From assembly GCF_009914755.1 (NCBI RefSeq), contig NC_060933.1: a stretch of 64,000 nt of DNA; one strand, 5' to 3'. The notes beneath the pieces are model-generated. The model was not told the DNA's origin, made no database searches, and saw only the letters and a program-made list of their open reading frames with translations. How positions within the stretch are numbered: position 1 is the first letter of the stretch; each line of letters begins with the position of its first letter. The DNA comes from the human T2T-CHM13v2.0 reference genome, Homo sapiens. The translations under genes and the position numbers were made by a program. This document shows, piece by piece, positions 1 through 31,019 of this stretch.

Positions 1-154
1 CATAAATCAAACAACAGAGGATACAGAAAACCTACAAAGCATTGTTTTTTTTAAAGAAAACCTTAGTGGAAGCACTAAATTGGAAGTTGAGTGACATCGA
101 GTTCCACCACTGTCTGGGGTTTTTTAATCTATATGAACAAAGATTTCATCATTA

Positions 155-607
<453 letters not shown>

Positions 608-611
608 TTAC

Positions 612-15652
<15,041 letters not shown>

Positions 15653-16499
15653 TCCGGCCTACAGCACGTCCCTACCTCAGCTGAACCGCTGGGACCAACA
15701 CGCCGTACCGCAGCCGCGCACGCCCAGCACGCCACTCCCGGCCTGGCCGGGGCCTGACGTCATCACATCGCGACGCTAGCTGATCCCGCCCGGATTACCT
15801 GGGCTCTGGACGAGAACTGCCTCGTCCCTTAGCCACACCCCCCGGGGAGGTGGGCTCTCCCCGACGACAGCTGGACACGCCCCTGGGCGTGTTCTGTGAA
15901 CCTGAGCGACGCTGCGGAGAGTCCTTAGGGCGCACTAACCACCTGTCTGAAGGTGTCACTGGCGCCTAGAGCCTTAATAAGCTACTGGCTGTAGGTAGAG
16001 CTGAGGCTAGCCTGCTGGAAATCTGGAGTGGGTAGCCTGACCTAACCAGTTCCCACAGGGCATAGATTTTATCAACTTGATTTTTTAGTCTCGTTAAAAA
16101 AAAAAGTTTTAATTCATAGGGGAAAGAATGGAAGGTTATAACATTACAATTTTAATTGTAATTTTTATACCTGAAGGATAACCAGTGACAATTTTTTCTT
16201 TTTTTATTATTACATATTATATATGTAATTCCAAATTTTTAGTATTCATGCATCACTTTTATTTACTTTTTTCTCATTATTTATTTGGACCTCAGGTAAT
16301 CTAAGTTCATTAATCATATTTGCTGGTGCATGACACTCTCATCACTAATCCATAGATAGCCCTTCTTTCTAACATAAATTTATAGTGAACTCCTTTGACC
16401 TCATTCCTGACGTAAAAGCATTACCAGTAAGTTACACGTACCTATGTGCACCGCCCCCGCTTCCAATCCACAGCCTGCCCCATAAGATAGTAACAACAG

Positions 16500-17080
16500 T
16501 CATGAATTGGTTCTGGATTGCTGATCATTCCCTGTTTTCTTTTTAGTTTTATCACATATCCCACGTATGTACTTAGAGAATATGTTGTTTAATTTTGGGT
16601 GTTTTTGAGCTTCATAAAATTATCCATATAATATATAAACTCCTGAGGCTTGCTATATTTTTCAGCATCACTGCTGTCTTGTATTCTATTGTGTGGCTAC
16701 ACGGCAATTTATTCATTTCCTCTCAATTGTTCCAGGTTTTGCTCTTATGAACAGGGCTGCTATGAACATTTTTCCTGACATATGTGTGTGCAACTTCCTC
16801 TTGAGTGTCTGTGTAAGAGTTGAATTGCTGGGTCCTAGATTATTCAAATGTTTTACTTCACAAGAAAATGCACAATTATTTTTCAAAATGTTTGTACAAA
16901 TTGATACATTTTCCCAGCAAATTATAAGAGATCTCATTGGTCTGTATGTCAATATTATCAGGCATGCATTTTTCACCAATCAATTGAGTACAAAAGAAGA
17001 CTTCATTGTGATCTTCATTTGCATTTCCTTGATTACTAACAAGGTTGAGAATCTTTTCATGTGTTTTGGCAATATTTAAT
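16500..17080 (-). mobile_element. Old L1 (L1M-type) 3' fragment
   Basis: ggctgctatgaacatt...tttgcatttccttgattactaacaaggttgagaatcttttcatgtg, typical antisense L1 ORF2 end / 3' UTR. Confidence 0.65.
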
Positions 17081-17818
17081 TCTTAGAATGACCCTGTAGA
17101 GTGTTATCCCTCTTTCAAACATGAGGCACCAAGAGTTAAGTTACTTGTCCAGGTTAGGTCATAAAAATCTATCTGATGCACAAGTAGAATGTTTTACTAC
17201 TATCCTGATGCCAGATAAAAGGTTGACTTTTCCTTCCTTCTCTGAAATTCCCCATAAAATATACTGTGTGTATTCCATTAGTTCTACTGATAAGTACATA
17301 TAACTTGAAAGTATTTATCACGCCTTTTGCAGAACACAGTTAAGACAGAGGGTTTATATTTGTGCAAATGAGTATATTATATTCACACATACACTCGGTC
17401 TGAGAAATCAGGTCTTGAATGCTTTGCCAGCTTTGACAATGTAACCATGAACCAGCTGAGGAAGAAATAAGGCAAATACCTTAGGCGTGGTGGTTCAGTT
17501 CACTTTATTCTACCAAAGGAGAGAAGCTGTGATGGGTAGCCCAAAATAGATAGCTTACGCCCTAAACACAATGGTTCATAAGCTTTTTCGTTTCAGGAAT
17601 GCTATGAAGTATTGATTTTTTTGGCAACCTAAGGGAAGGAGTAACATTGCACCCACAGTCATCACACTATTTGCTTGATGTCCCTTCAGCACTGCATTAC
17701 TGCCTGAATAGCAGCTATTACAGCCCTCACCACCTTCTTTGACATATTTTTAAAAGTACATTCTTGTGGGTTCCCAATATGGCACTGGCTGAATGTTATA
17801 CTAAAATCCCTCTTTCTG

Positions 17819-18030
17819 TTTTTTGAGACAGGGTCTCACTCTGTCGCCCAGCAGGGATTGCATTGGCACGATCACAGCTCACTGCAGTCCTAAACTCCTG
17901 GGCTCAAGTGATCCTCCCATCTCAGCCTCCCAAGTAGCTGGGACTCCAGTCATATGCCATTACATCTGGCTAATTTTTCTTTTTCTTTTTGGTAGAGACA
18001 GGGTCTCACTATGTTGTCCAGTCTGGTCTA
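17819..18030 (-). mobile_element. AluJ fragment
   Basis: gagacagggtctcactctgtcgccc...ggtagagacagggtctcactatgttg. Confidence 0.85.
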
Positions 18031-18169
18031 AATTCTCATCTCTAACAATGAGCAACCTGTAACCTATGAGGCCAGCTCAGTCAAGTTGACCAAATAGCAT
18101 TGTTGTAACAGTATGTAGCCTCAATGAGAGCAAAATAAGTTTTACACATTGGCCAAAAATTAAATGCAC

Positions 18170-18600
18170 CACAAATATCTATCAACTGATAGACAACCAA
18201 AATGTGACAAATGGATAAACAAAATATGATCTATCCGTACAATGGAAAATTATTTGGCAATAAACAGGAAAAAGGACTGATACCTGCTACAAAATGAATC
18301 AATCTTGAAAACATTATGGTAAGTGAAAAAAGCTATTCACAAAAGACCACATGTTGTATGATTCCATTTATATAAAATAACCAAAATAGGCAAATCTATA
18401 GAGACAGAAAGTACATTAATGGTTCCCAGGAGTGGAGGACTGGGGAGAGACTACAGTGGTTTTTGGGCGGTGATGAAAATGTTCTAAAATTGATTATGGT
18501 GATGGTAGTACAACTCTGATTATACTGAAAACCATTGACTTGTACACTTTAAATTGGTGAATTGTATCATATGTGAAATTTATCTCAATAAAGCTGCTAT
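18170..18600 (+). mobile_element. L1MB/ME-type 3' UTR
   Basis: atggataaacaaaatatg...gtatgattccatttata...tatctcaataaagctg. Confidence 0.7.
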
Positions 18601-18858
18601 TCTTAAAAGAAATAAACACCTATCTGTGCATCAAAATGGGGTGCCTGTGTGCATTTGTAGAGAAACACTGTCTTCAGCAGTTTCAAGTTCTGGCCTTAGG
18701 CACAAGTATAAAGATTACAGCTTGATAAAATTTTTCCTTTAGTCTGTTCCATATTCCTCTTCAGTTAAGTTTTTATCTATGGATTCTGTGGAGTCCTGTC
18801 ATTTTATTTTCTCAGATAGAGTTGTAATTTCAGTTCTCCCAAAATAGCTGGGCATGAC

Positions 18859-19163
18859 TTTTTATTTTTATTTCTTTTTTCTTTTTGAGATGGAGTCTTG
18901 CTCTGTTGCCGAGGCTGGAGTGCAGTGGCACGATCTTGGCTCACTGCAACCTCTGCCTCCGGGTTCAAGCGATTCTCCTGCCTCAGCTTCCTGAGTAGCT
19001 GGGATTACAGGTATGCACCACCACGCCCAGCTAATTTTTGTATTTTTAGTAGAGACGAGGTTTCACCACGTTAGCCAGGCTGGTCTTGAACTCCTGACCT
19101 CCTGATCCATCCACCTTAGCCTCCTAAAGAGCTGGGATTACAGGCGTGAGCCACTGTGCCGGG
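18859..19163 (-). mobile_element. Alu
   Basis: Antisense dimer. Confidence 0.93.
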
Positions 19164-19369
19164 CTTTTTTTTTTTTTTTTTAACTTATAAGAAGGTTAAA
19201 TTGTTAAATTGTTAAATTGAAAATGCCTTTTTAAATAAGTATGAAATTTCTTAATTATAATATTTTAGAATCTATTACAGTTTCTGATGTAACTTAAAAA
19301 TTCCTCCTCATCTAGCTTTGCTATTTTGTCTCATTTACTTTAGGGTAAAACAACAACAACAACAATAGT

Positions 19370-19590
19370 AATGTTTTGAGCCCCTAAGCATCTGATAGGC
19401 ACTGTGTTAAGCACATTAAATGCATTATCCCATTTAACTCTCCAAGGTAAGTACTATTTGTGTGCCCATTTTATAGATGAGGAAATTGAGGCTTAGAAAA
19501 GATAAATACCTTGCTCAAAGTCATACAATCAGTAAATGGCAGCCCTTGGGCTCAATCCAAACCTGCCTGACACTAAATCTCCTGCTCTTT
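19370..19590. mobile_element. MIR
   Basis: MIR core cccattttatagatgaggaaattgaggcttaga. Confidence 0.7.
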
Positions 19591-19756
19591 TAAACCAGAA
19601 GATCTGCAAACTCTTCTGTAAAACTAAATGATAAATATCTTAGTCTTTACAGATCAAAAAGCAAATTTGAGGACATTGTGTAGGTACTTATATAATAAGA
19701 GAGAGAGCAAATGTCTACAAGTTTGAAATTTGAATTTCATGTATTAAACAAAATTA

Positions 19757-20808
<1,052 letters not shown>

Positions 20809-22482
20809 CATGTATAATTTTCACATCATGAAATAATAATCTTCTTTAATTTTTTTTCCAATGTATTAAAAATGTAAAAACCATTTGCAGGCTACACAAT
20901 AAATGGTAGCAGGCTATAGATTCCCAACTCCTGATCTAAGCTAATATAATATACTGTTTTCTTAAGCAGAGTTAATGAAATTTTGCAAAATTGGATCCTC
21001 CTTGCTCTTTTAAACTCAGTTTGTAAATCACTCACCATTAAAACAATCCTGGACCCTCAAAGGGTTAGGTACCACTGTGCCAATTACCACAGTGCTAATA
21101 TTCAGAGGAAGATCTGAAGCTGAGAAGCTTAAACTTTTTTCCCAAGGTCACTAATACCTGGCCTGGGAAAGACCTAATTAAGGTGAAACTTGAGTCTTTG
21201 CATTGTAGTAGGAGTCCTCCTAGGTGGGAGCAGAGCAGAGCAGATAAGCTCTTAAACTGTCTGGATTTCAGCAGCTCAGCTTTCTGACAATAACCTTGCC
21301 ATATGTCCTTTGGCACAATTCCCTACTAATTCCCTACTACTCCCCTTTGCTTGGTTCTTCTCTCTTGAATAGTTATGTTAATCACCATAAGAAAAAGAAC
21401 TGTAGCTATATCCAAATAAGAAGAAAGCTAAAAATAATACCAACTTGGTTTTGTTTTTCGTTTTTTTCTTTCTCATTTTTGCAACTTCCTGCAAAGGAAA
21501 CAACATACTAGTGGCCAGCAATAGCTACTGGTTTAGAGGAAAGGAAACTGAGAGTTTCAAAATTAACCCAGTTCCTCTTATCTAGCTGTGGCAAGTAAAT
21601 AAATAAAATATTTTTAAATGTTTAAAGTTTATCAGTTTATTTAACATTTTTCATTGGGTACACATGAACTTGTTGGGAACATATCTAAAAGGCCAGAGGC
21701 CAATGGCTTGTATTCTTGTGACTGCTTTGGTTAAGGTTGAATATCAATATTCAAGTGTCATATAGTCATCTTTTAAGATATACAACCACTGTAAGGACAG
21801 GAAAGAATATTTCCTCTCCAGAATACTGAAGATGACTAGCAGGTGAAAAATGTACATTTCAATGTTTTTAGGGGCTGTGACATTAAAAGCTGTAAGTAAC
21901 ATTGTTTGAATTCATTATCTTTGGTGGTTAAACCATGCTATTAATAAGTCTTAGCTTACAGTTGAGTCACTTGTAAGTCAGCTTGCCATGAAATTAAAAA
22001 AAAAAAGAAAACACCATTCAAAGCCCTCAAGCTGACAAGTTGAGTGGTGCACCAATCTCTCTAAAAGAAACTATATTTTAGATACTATAGGAGTGGTGGA
22101 ATGACAGGAGTGGAGGTTGGGCAAAATGAAAAAAAATGTTTTGCAATGATGTATGGTGTAATAGTATAGGAGAGAGTCTAAATAATTTCTTCCATTGTCA
22201 TTAGAAATTTTAAATGGACATTTGTGGCTATAAGTTTCACTTTCTAATTTTTATAGTGTTAGAGAAGCATATTCCAAAATCCATAGGCACCTGCTCATAA
22301 TTCCTTACACGTAAGTAAAAGGCATGAAACAAATGATCCATCTCCATTCTTCCTTCCCCTTTCTATTCCCTCGAAGAGTGTTTAATCATACTTAATTGAA
22401 ATACCATGCTACTGGCAAAGCCAGGTCTTTCTGGCTTCAAGACCAGGGTCTTTTGAGTCCTATAGCTCCGTCCTTCAGTCAT

Positions 22483-22705
22483 TGTCTTAGACCTTTTGTG
22501 CTGCTATAACAAAATATCCAATACAGGGTAATTTATAAATAATAAAAATTTATTTCTCACAGTTCTAGAGGCTATGAAGTCCAAAATCAACGTGCCAGGA
22601 AGTTTGTGTCTAGTGAGGGCTGGTCTCTGCTTCCAAGATGGTACCTCAAAAGCTGTGTCCTCCTGAGGGGATGAACACTGTGTGTTCGCCTGGCAGAAGG
22701 AGACA
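22483..22705 (-). mobile_element. MST/MLT1 MaLR LTR fragment
   Basis: tgctgctataacaaaata...tttatttctcacagttctagaggctatgaagtccaaaatcaa. Confidence 0.7.
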
Positions 22706-22801
22706 GAAATAAGCTTTCACATTGTTTAAGTTTCTGTTTATGCCACTGAAACTAATCCTAACCAACTTATTTGATTAATTGTTTTTTAAATAATATAAGT
22801 A

Positions 22802-23140
22802 GGCTGTGCACAGTGGCTCATGCCTGTAATACAAGCACTTTGGGAGGCTGAGGGGAAAGGATCTCTTGAGGCCAGGAGTTCAAGGTCAACCTGGGCAACA
22901 TAGCAAGACCCTGTTTCTACAAAAATTTTAAAACTTAGCTGGGCATGGTGGCATGCACCAGTAGTCCCAGCTACTCAGGAGGCTGAGGTGGGAGGATCAC
23001 GCAAGCCTAGGAGTTTGAGGTTACAGTGAGCTATGATCACTGCACTGCACTCCAGCCTGGGTGAGAGAGAAAGACCTTGTTTCTTATTAAAATATATATA
23101 CACACACATATATATATATGTGTGTGTATGTATATATATA
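22802..23140 (+). mobile_element. AluJ with TA/CA microsatellite tail
   Basis: AluJ diagnostics (caacatagcaagaccctg, gagctatgatcac). Confidence 0.88.
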
Positions 23141-23605
23141 TAGTATTTATATATAAATTATGTATTATACCTGAATGTATTATAACTATAAAAAATTCAA
23201 ACAGTAGAAAAGTATTAGGGTAAAACGTGGAGTATCTTTCACTAACCTCAATTTTACTTCCCTTCACCGATATTATATAAACACTGTGAGCAATTTAATA
23301 GACATAGGTCCAGATTTTTTTGGTCCAATATTACCTTTGCCCCTGCCATGTTAGGTATTTTTCTGTAGGAGAAGCAAGATTCCCTCCTGAAAGAATATTC
23401 CTGTTTAGACTAAGTCTCATGTATATGAATATATGTATTTGCATACATGTGCTTTCATAAAATTATAACAGAAAGATAGAGTACATTTGTATACATATGT
23501 GGCTTTTGTTTTTAATAAATAGGAACATACATAGGCTTTGTTCTGGAGCTTGCTTTCTTCACTTGACAATATGCACTGATACTCTTTCCTTCTCACTAGA
23601 ATTAG

Positions 23606-24006
<401 letters not shown>

Positions 24007-24483
24007 TGACTAACTACCTCTTCAAAACATGCTCGAAAGTAAATTCAACATATTATCAAGAAATATAAGAAAGTATGTTGATTAGCCATAGCTTGTATGT
24101 TTAATAATAAACTTTATTCTTATTCTCCTTTGATATTTTAGACTGGTTAGCTTCGCTTATTAAACTAGTTTACTTCAGTTATGGAAATATCAAATTCAAT
24201 ATATTTTAATATTAATTTCTTATTAACAGTTCTGGTTACTTATAATTAATATGATTCTACCCATATACTTTATTTTTATAGCAAACTCATATTTTGGATT
24301 GTGTATTGCTATCCATAAATTTACACATGTACTTTCATAATTTAATTGTGGTTAATGAGTTTTTGGCAGCAGTATACAATACACAGATTAAAATTAATTC
24401 TGAACTGATGCTAGAAGAAAGATGAGTTCACATATTGCATCTTGATAATAGTGCTGGTTTGTGCCTAAAGTATAGCTTAGCTA

Positions 24484-24882
<399 letters not shown>

Positions 24883-25137
24883 TCATGTATTTTTGTTCAT
24901 GAAATTCTGTAAATCATACAAGCTACAGATGGTGACAGCAGTAGAAATATAAATTTTAGCACACTTGTGTATGCATTAATATGTTCAAAATATATAAAGA
25001 AATGGTATTTATATAAATAAATACATATAATTATTTGATCATAATCAGAGGTTAACATGGGTTACCTTTTGGGGAGAGGAAACAGCAGAGGTGATATGGT
25101 TGGCAGACAAAGAGGGTATGGAGAAGTAATCTCCCAC

Positions 25138-27367
25138 TGTATTAGTCTGTTTTCACATTGCTGGGCAATTTGCAAAAGAAAGAGGTTTATTGGACTTACA
25201 GTTCCACATGGCTGGAGAGGCCTCACAATCATGGCAGAAGGTGAAAGGCATGTCTCACCTGGAAGCAGACAAGAGAAGAGAGCTTGTGCAGGGAAACTCC
25301 CCTTTTCAAAACCATCAGATCTCATGAGACTTGTTCACTATCACAAAAACAGCATGAGAAAGGCCTGCCCCCATGATTCAGTTACCTCCCACCGGGTCCC
25401 TCCCACAATACATGGGAATCCAAGATGAGATTTGGGTGGGGACACAGCCAAACCATACCATTCCACCCCAGCCCCTCCCAAATCTCATGTTCTCACATTT
25501 TAAAATGAGTCATGGCTTCTCAACCGTCTCCCAAAGTCTCAATTCATTTCAGCATTAATTCATTTCAGTGTTAACTCAAAAGTCCACAGTCCAAAGTCCA
25601 AAGTCTCATCCGAGACAAGGCAAGTCCCTTCCACCTATGGGCCTGTAAAATCAAAAGCGAGTTAGTTACTTCCTAGATATAATGGTGGTACAGCATTGGT
25701 AAATACAGCCATCCCAAATGGGAGAAATTGGCCAAAACAAAGGGGATACAGGCCCCATGAAAGTCTGAAATCCAGTGGGACAGTCAAATCTTAAAGCTCC
25801 AAAATGATCTCCTTTGCCTCCATGTCTCACATCCAGGTCATGCTGATGCAAGGGGTTGGTTCCTATGGTCTTGGGCAGCTCTGCCCCTGAGGTTTTGCAG
25901 GGTACAGCCTCTCTCCAGGTTGCTTTCACAGGCTGGCATTGAGTGTCTGTGGCTTTTCTAGGTGCACAGTGCAAGCTGTCCATGGATCTACCATTCCAGG
26001 GTCTAAAGAACAGTGGCCCTCTTCTCACTGCTCCACTAGATGGTGCCCCAGTAGGGACTCTGTTTGGGGGCTCCAATCTCACATTTCCCTTTCACACTGC
26101 CCTAGCAGAGGTTCTCCATGAGGGACCCACCCCTACAGCAAACTTCTACATCTTCTGATATCTAGGCGGAGTTTCCCAAACCTCAATTCTTGACTTCTGC
26201 GCACCCGCAGGCTCAAAGCCATGTGGAAGCTGCCAAGGCTTGGGGCTTGCACCCTCTGAAGCAACAGACAGAGCTGTACTTTGGCTCCTTTCATTCATGG
26301 CTGGGATGCAGGGTATGAAGTCCCTAGACTGCATACAGCAGAGGGACCCTGGGCCCAGCCCACAAAACCACTTTTTCCTCCTAAACCTCTGGGCCTGTGA
26401 TGGGAGGGGCTGCCATGAAGAACTCTGACATGCCCTGGAGACACTTTCCCCATTGTCTTGGGGATTAACATTCAGCTCCTTGTTACTTATGCAAATTTCT
26501 GCAGCCAGCTTGAATTTCTCCTCAGAAAATGGGATTTTCTTTTCTAGCACATTGTCAGGCTGCAAATTTTCCAAACTTTTGTGCTCTGCTTCCCTTATAA
26601 AACTGAATACCTTTAACAGCAGCCAAGTCACCTCTTGAATGCTTTGCTGCTTAGAAATTTCTTCTGCCAGGTACCCTAAATCATCTCTCTCAAGTTAAAA
26701 GTTTCACATATATCTATGGCAGGGGCAAAATGCCCCTAGTATCTTTACTAAAACATAAGAAGAGTCACCATTGCTCCAGTTCCCAACAAGTTTCTTGTTT
26801 CCATCTAAGACCACCTCAGCCTGGACTTTATTGTCCATATCACTATCAGCATTTTGGGCAAAGTCGTTCAACAGGTCTCTAGGAAGCTCCAAACTTTCCC
26901 ACATATTCCTGTCTTCTGAGCCCTCAAAACTGTTCCAACCTCTGCTTGTTGCCCAGTTCCAAAGTTTCTTCCACATTTTCAGGTATCTTTTCAGCAGCGC
27001 CCCACTCTACTTGTACCAATTTACTGTATTGTTTCATTTTTATGCTGCTGATAAAGACATACCTGAGACTGGGCAATTTGCAAAAGAAAGAGGTTTATTG
27101 GACTTACGGTTCCGCATGGCTGGGGAGGCCTCACAATCATGGTGGAAGGCAAAAGGCACATCTCACATGGAACCAGACAGGAGAAGAGAGATTATGCAGG
27201 GAAACTCACCTTTTTAAAACCATCAGATCTTGTGAGACTTTTTCACTATCCCGAGAACAGCACAGGAAAGACCTGCCCCCATAATTCAATTACCTCCCAC
27301 CGGGTCCCCCCGCAACACATGGGAATTCAAGATGAGATTTGGGTGGGGACACAGCCAAACCATATCA
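25138..27367 (-). mobile_element. Full-length THE1 (THE1A/B-like) MaLR: LTR 25138-25460, internal region, LTR 27025-27367
   Basis: Both LTRs end in ...gggacacagccaaaccata(c/t)ca. The ~1.56-kb internal region is typical THE1-int. Approximate 5-bp TSD cccac/ccccc. Confidence 0.93.
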
Positions 27368-29039
27368 CCCCCCCCAAAAAAAATCCCGTTTAGATTAAGT
27401 TTTATGTTTATGAATATATGTATATGCATACATGTGCATGCAGAAAATTATAACAGAAAGATAGAGTATTACATATGTAAATATGTATTTTTTATATGTA
27501 CTGATTTGTAGAATAACAATTATAAGTGATATAAGGTGAAAGAAGCAATTTGTTCATAAGTATGCAGTATGATTCCATTTCAGTAAAAATTAACAAAAAC
27601 ATGCTTGTATGTGCATGGGCATATATTAATATGTGCTCATATATATATATGCTATACATATATATATATGTATGCTGATATATGTATGTGGAAGCAATAT
27701 GTTTGTGATGATACACACCCTTGCAATAACATGAACTACCTCAGGGAGTACTATAGATGACAGAGACAATGGGGGAAGAGGAGCAATGTTACCTTAAAAA
27801 AAACTTTGCATCCTATTACTGGTTACAAGAGGCATATAAAATTATTTTTAAAATTTTAAATAAATATGTTAGCAACCTTTGTATGGATGGAAAATTTTAA
27901 ATATGTATGAAAATACTGATTGCGTATACCTTTTGAAATTCTACTGATAGGGATTTATCCTACATATTTACATATACAAACATTTATGACATTCATAGCA
28001 CTATTGTTTTAAAGGTGAGATGTTGGAAACATCCTAGCTATTTAACTATAGGGGAATGGCTAAATAAGTTTGGCTCACTCAAAGGATAGCATGGAAGAGC
28101 AAGGCTTTCCATCGTATTTCGATATGAAACTGTTAGAAGCACCTTTATTTTGAATAGCCTCTAAGAAAAAGTTGGATAGAAAGAGTCTAAATGAAATATT
28201 CTGATTAATAACAGAACCTATACTATAAGATGGTGAATTTCTGATCAGAAAGGTGAAAAGTTCATCTACAGCTTAAGTGGACAAATTAAATTTTCTATAA
28301 CATTCATATCTGATAGATTAAATAAACAGGTACAATTTCCTTAAGAAACATGCTTTATAAGTTTTATGGTCACTACATTCTTTAAAGTTAAGGGTTACAT
28401 TCCTGGGAGATTAAATAAAAACTGCAAAGTTAACAGTTGACTTGCCTGAGGAGCTACTTGTTCTTCCTCAGTAAACATTGGAGAGAAAAGTAATATAATA
28501 TAACAGAAACAGAGCACTCATCTGATAAACATGTAACAGCAAAAGGGGGTGCACAGGCCTTTGCCCTACCTGGCTGGTGTCCTTTGTTCGTTGTACTTCT
28601 GAGGTTGCCAGAATGTAAATGTTCATTTCACTATCTTAAATGAGCAGAGTAATAACCAGAATCAGACTTTGAATTCTAAAAGCTCTTGGATCAAGAAGAT
28701 TCTGTCTTTCCAACGTTTGCATCAAATAACATCGTGACCTATACTATCTTTTTTAATATTAAGTGAAGCTTAATCAAAATTTTAGGTTTAAAATACAAGA
28801 GTCATTAAAAAGATACATTGTTAGGTAGAAAAACATGCAGAATAGTATGCTGTTTCATTTGGAGGGGAGGAAAAGAAAATAGAAAATGCTTAACATAACA
28901 ATTTTTATTTTTATTACTTCATGTAAGAACTTCTCTACAACCACTGATTTTCTTACTTGCTTTCTAAGCAATGTAGAATTTTCGTCACCACTTCACCATT
29001 AATTTCTTGTTATTAATCCATTGCCGTTTTCCCAGCTGA

Positions 29040-29930
29040 AAGAGAAAACTTCCTTTTAATTTTCTAACTCATTTTGAAACAATTTCAACTTACAAAAGTT
29101 ACAAAAATAGTAGAGATTCCCATATACCCTTCACTGTGCTTTCCTGAATGTTAATATCTTACTATCACTACCATGATCAAAAGCAGGTAATGAGTGTCGA
29201 TACGCTACCATTCACAAAACCAGAGACCTTATTCACATTTTGCCAGTTGTCCCACCGAAGACCTGTTTCTGGGCCAAGACCTAATCCAGAATCCCACATT
29301 GCATTCAGTTGTCACCTCTCAGTCTACTTTAATCAGAAGCATTGCTCAGTCTTTGTCTTCCAGGACCTTGACACTCTTGAGGAGTACTGGTCAGTTGTTT
29401 TGTAGAATGTTCCTTCACTTGGATTTGTCTTATGTTTCAGCATGGTTAAATTCAGGTTTTATATTTTTGGCAGGGATACTACAAGTTGATGTTGCATCCT
29501 TCTCTGTGCATCACTTCAGGAGGCACATGACATCCACCTGTGCTTTTACTAGAATGTTAACTTTGTCAGCAGGGTTCTGCCACAATAAAATTACTGTTTC
29601 CCTGATGCAGTTAATAAGTACCTGATGGGGAGATACTTTGAAACTATGTAAATGTCTTGTGTTTTCATGATACTCTAGCCCACAGTTGATCATCCATTAT
29701 TCTTTTTCAAAATTACAGCTTTATTAAAGCACAACTTAGCCACTCATTTAAGTGTACAACTCAATGAGTTTTAATAACATTTATACAGTTGTGCCACAAT
29801 CATCCCAATCCAGTTTTAGAACACTTTCACCATCCCAAAAAATTCCTTTGTGACTGTGTACAATTAATCTCTTTAGCTTAGGCCCCAGGTAACCATTGGT
29901 CTGCCTTCTGTCTTTGTTTATACAATACAC
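29040..29930 (-). mobile_element. Old L1M 3' fragments
   Basis: ccagaatcccacattgcattcagttgtcac...ggtcagttgttttgtagaatgttcc; acagctttattaaagcac...gtacaactcaatgag. Confidence 0.6.
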
Positions 29931-30650
29931 TGAATTTTTTCTCATTATTTACTTGCTTGACTTTTTACTCTGAACCAATATTAGTTTATGAGTGAGAAGA
30001 CAATTTCTAACACATTGTTTGGTATATGACACAGGAAAGACACTGACCAGCCTGGAAGTCAAGAGAAATAATGGATTCTTTAGTGTCAGACTAAACATAA
30101 ACTTTGAATATTCTAGATATTAGCAGAACCTAAATTATCCAGTTGCCTTAGATCTTCAGTTAATTCATAAAAATAATTCCAATTAAATTCTTTCTCTGAA
30201 TTTATAAAGTCAAAAGCATAACCTTTGATCCTTATAAGCACAAAGCAATTTTGATTTTATCATGTCAACATGCCTTAGAAAAATGGTAAGGTCCAGGGGT
30301 TTTGTTTCTTTGTTTTTTTCTTGTTGTCATTTTGTTATGTTTTCCTTTGGTTTGTTAGTTTTGAAGGCCTTCACTTTTTGGTTTGCTGTTTAAAATTATT
30401 TTCTTCCGGAGCCAATTTTATTAACCCAGTGAAATATAATTTCAAGGACATTGTGTCTTACCCACACCCTCCAAGGTATGTTTTATATAATAAGGCAATG
30501 TTGTTAAAATCAGGATAATTTTATTTTTAAAAAACGTATATATCTAGCATCTCTCAAAAGAAAATCCTCAGATCTAGCAGTACATGGCCCAAGTTTCCAC
30601 AGCTGGAGCAAGTTGTGGCCATCCACTTTAGATAGAATATGTTCTTTGGT

Positions 30651-31019
30651 TTGCCAAGGCCCCACCTATTCCCTATTGAATCACATCACAACTGCTTCAT
30701 TCTTGTAAGCTCCTTATCTAGCTCTGTTGGACACTTGAGTTTGTTTATGTATTTATTTATATATAAATTTTTATTTTATATATATATATAGATATATCTG
30801 TATAACCACAACCACAGATGTGTGCATATTAAAATTTAACTATTTTCCATAGTTAAATTTTGGCAGGGATACTACAAATTGATGTTGTAGTATCAATTGG
30901 CAGGGATACTACAAATTGATGTTGCCAAGGCCCCACCTATTCCCTATTGAATCACACCACAATAGCTTCATTCTTGTAAGCTCCTTCTCTAGCCTTTCTG
31001 GACACTTGAGTTTGTTTAT
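30651..31019. repeat. 98-bp direct repeat (30651-30748 and 30922-31019) flanking a patchwork insert
   Basis: Direct comparison shows 8 mismatches in 98 bp. See findings. Confidence 0.9.

Noticed and set aside
25666-27393. ORFs of 80-160 aa in the 25-27 kb region
   Set aside because: THE1 internal and LTR sequence; decayed MaLR ORF remnants.
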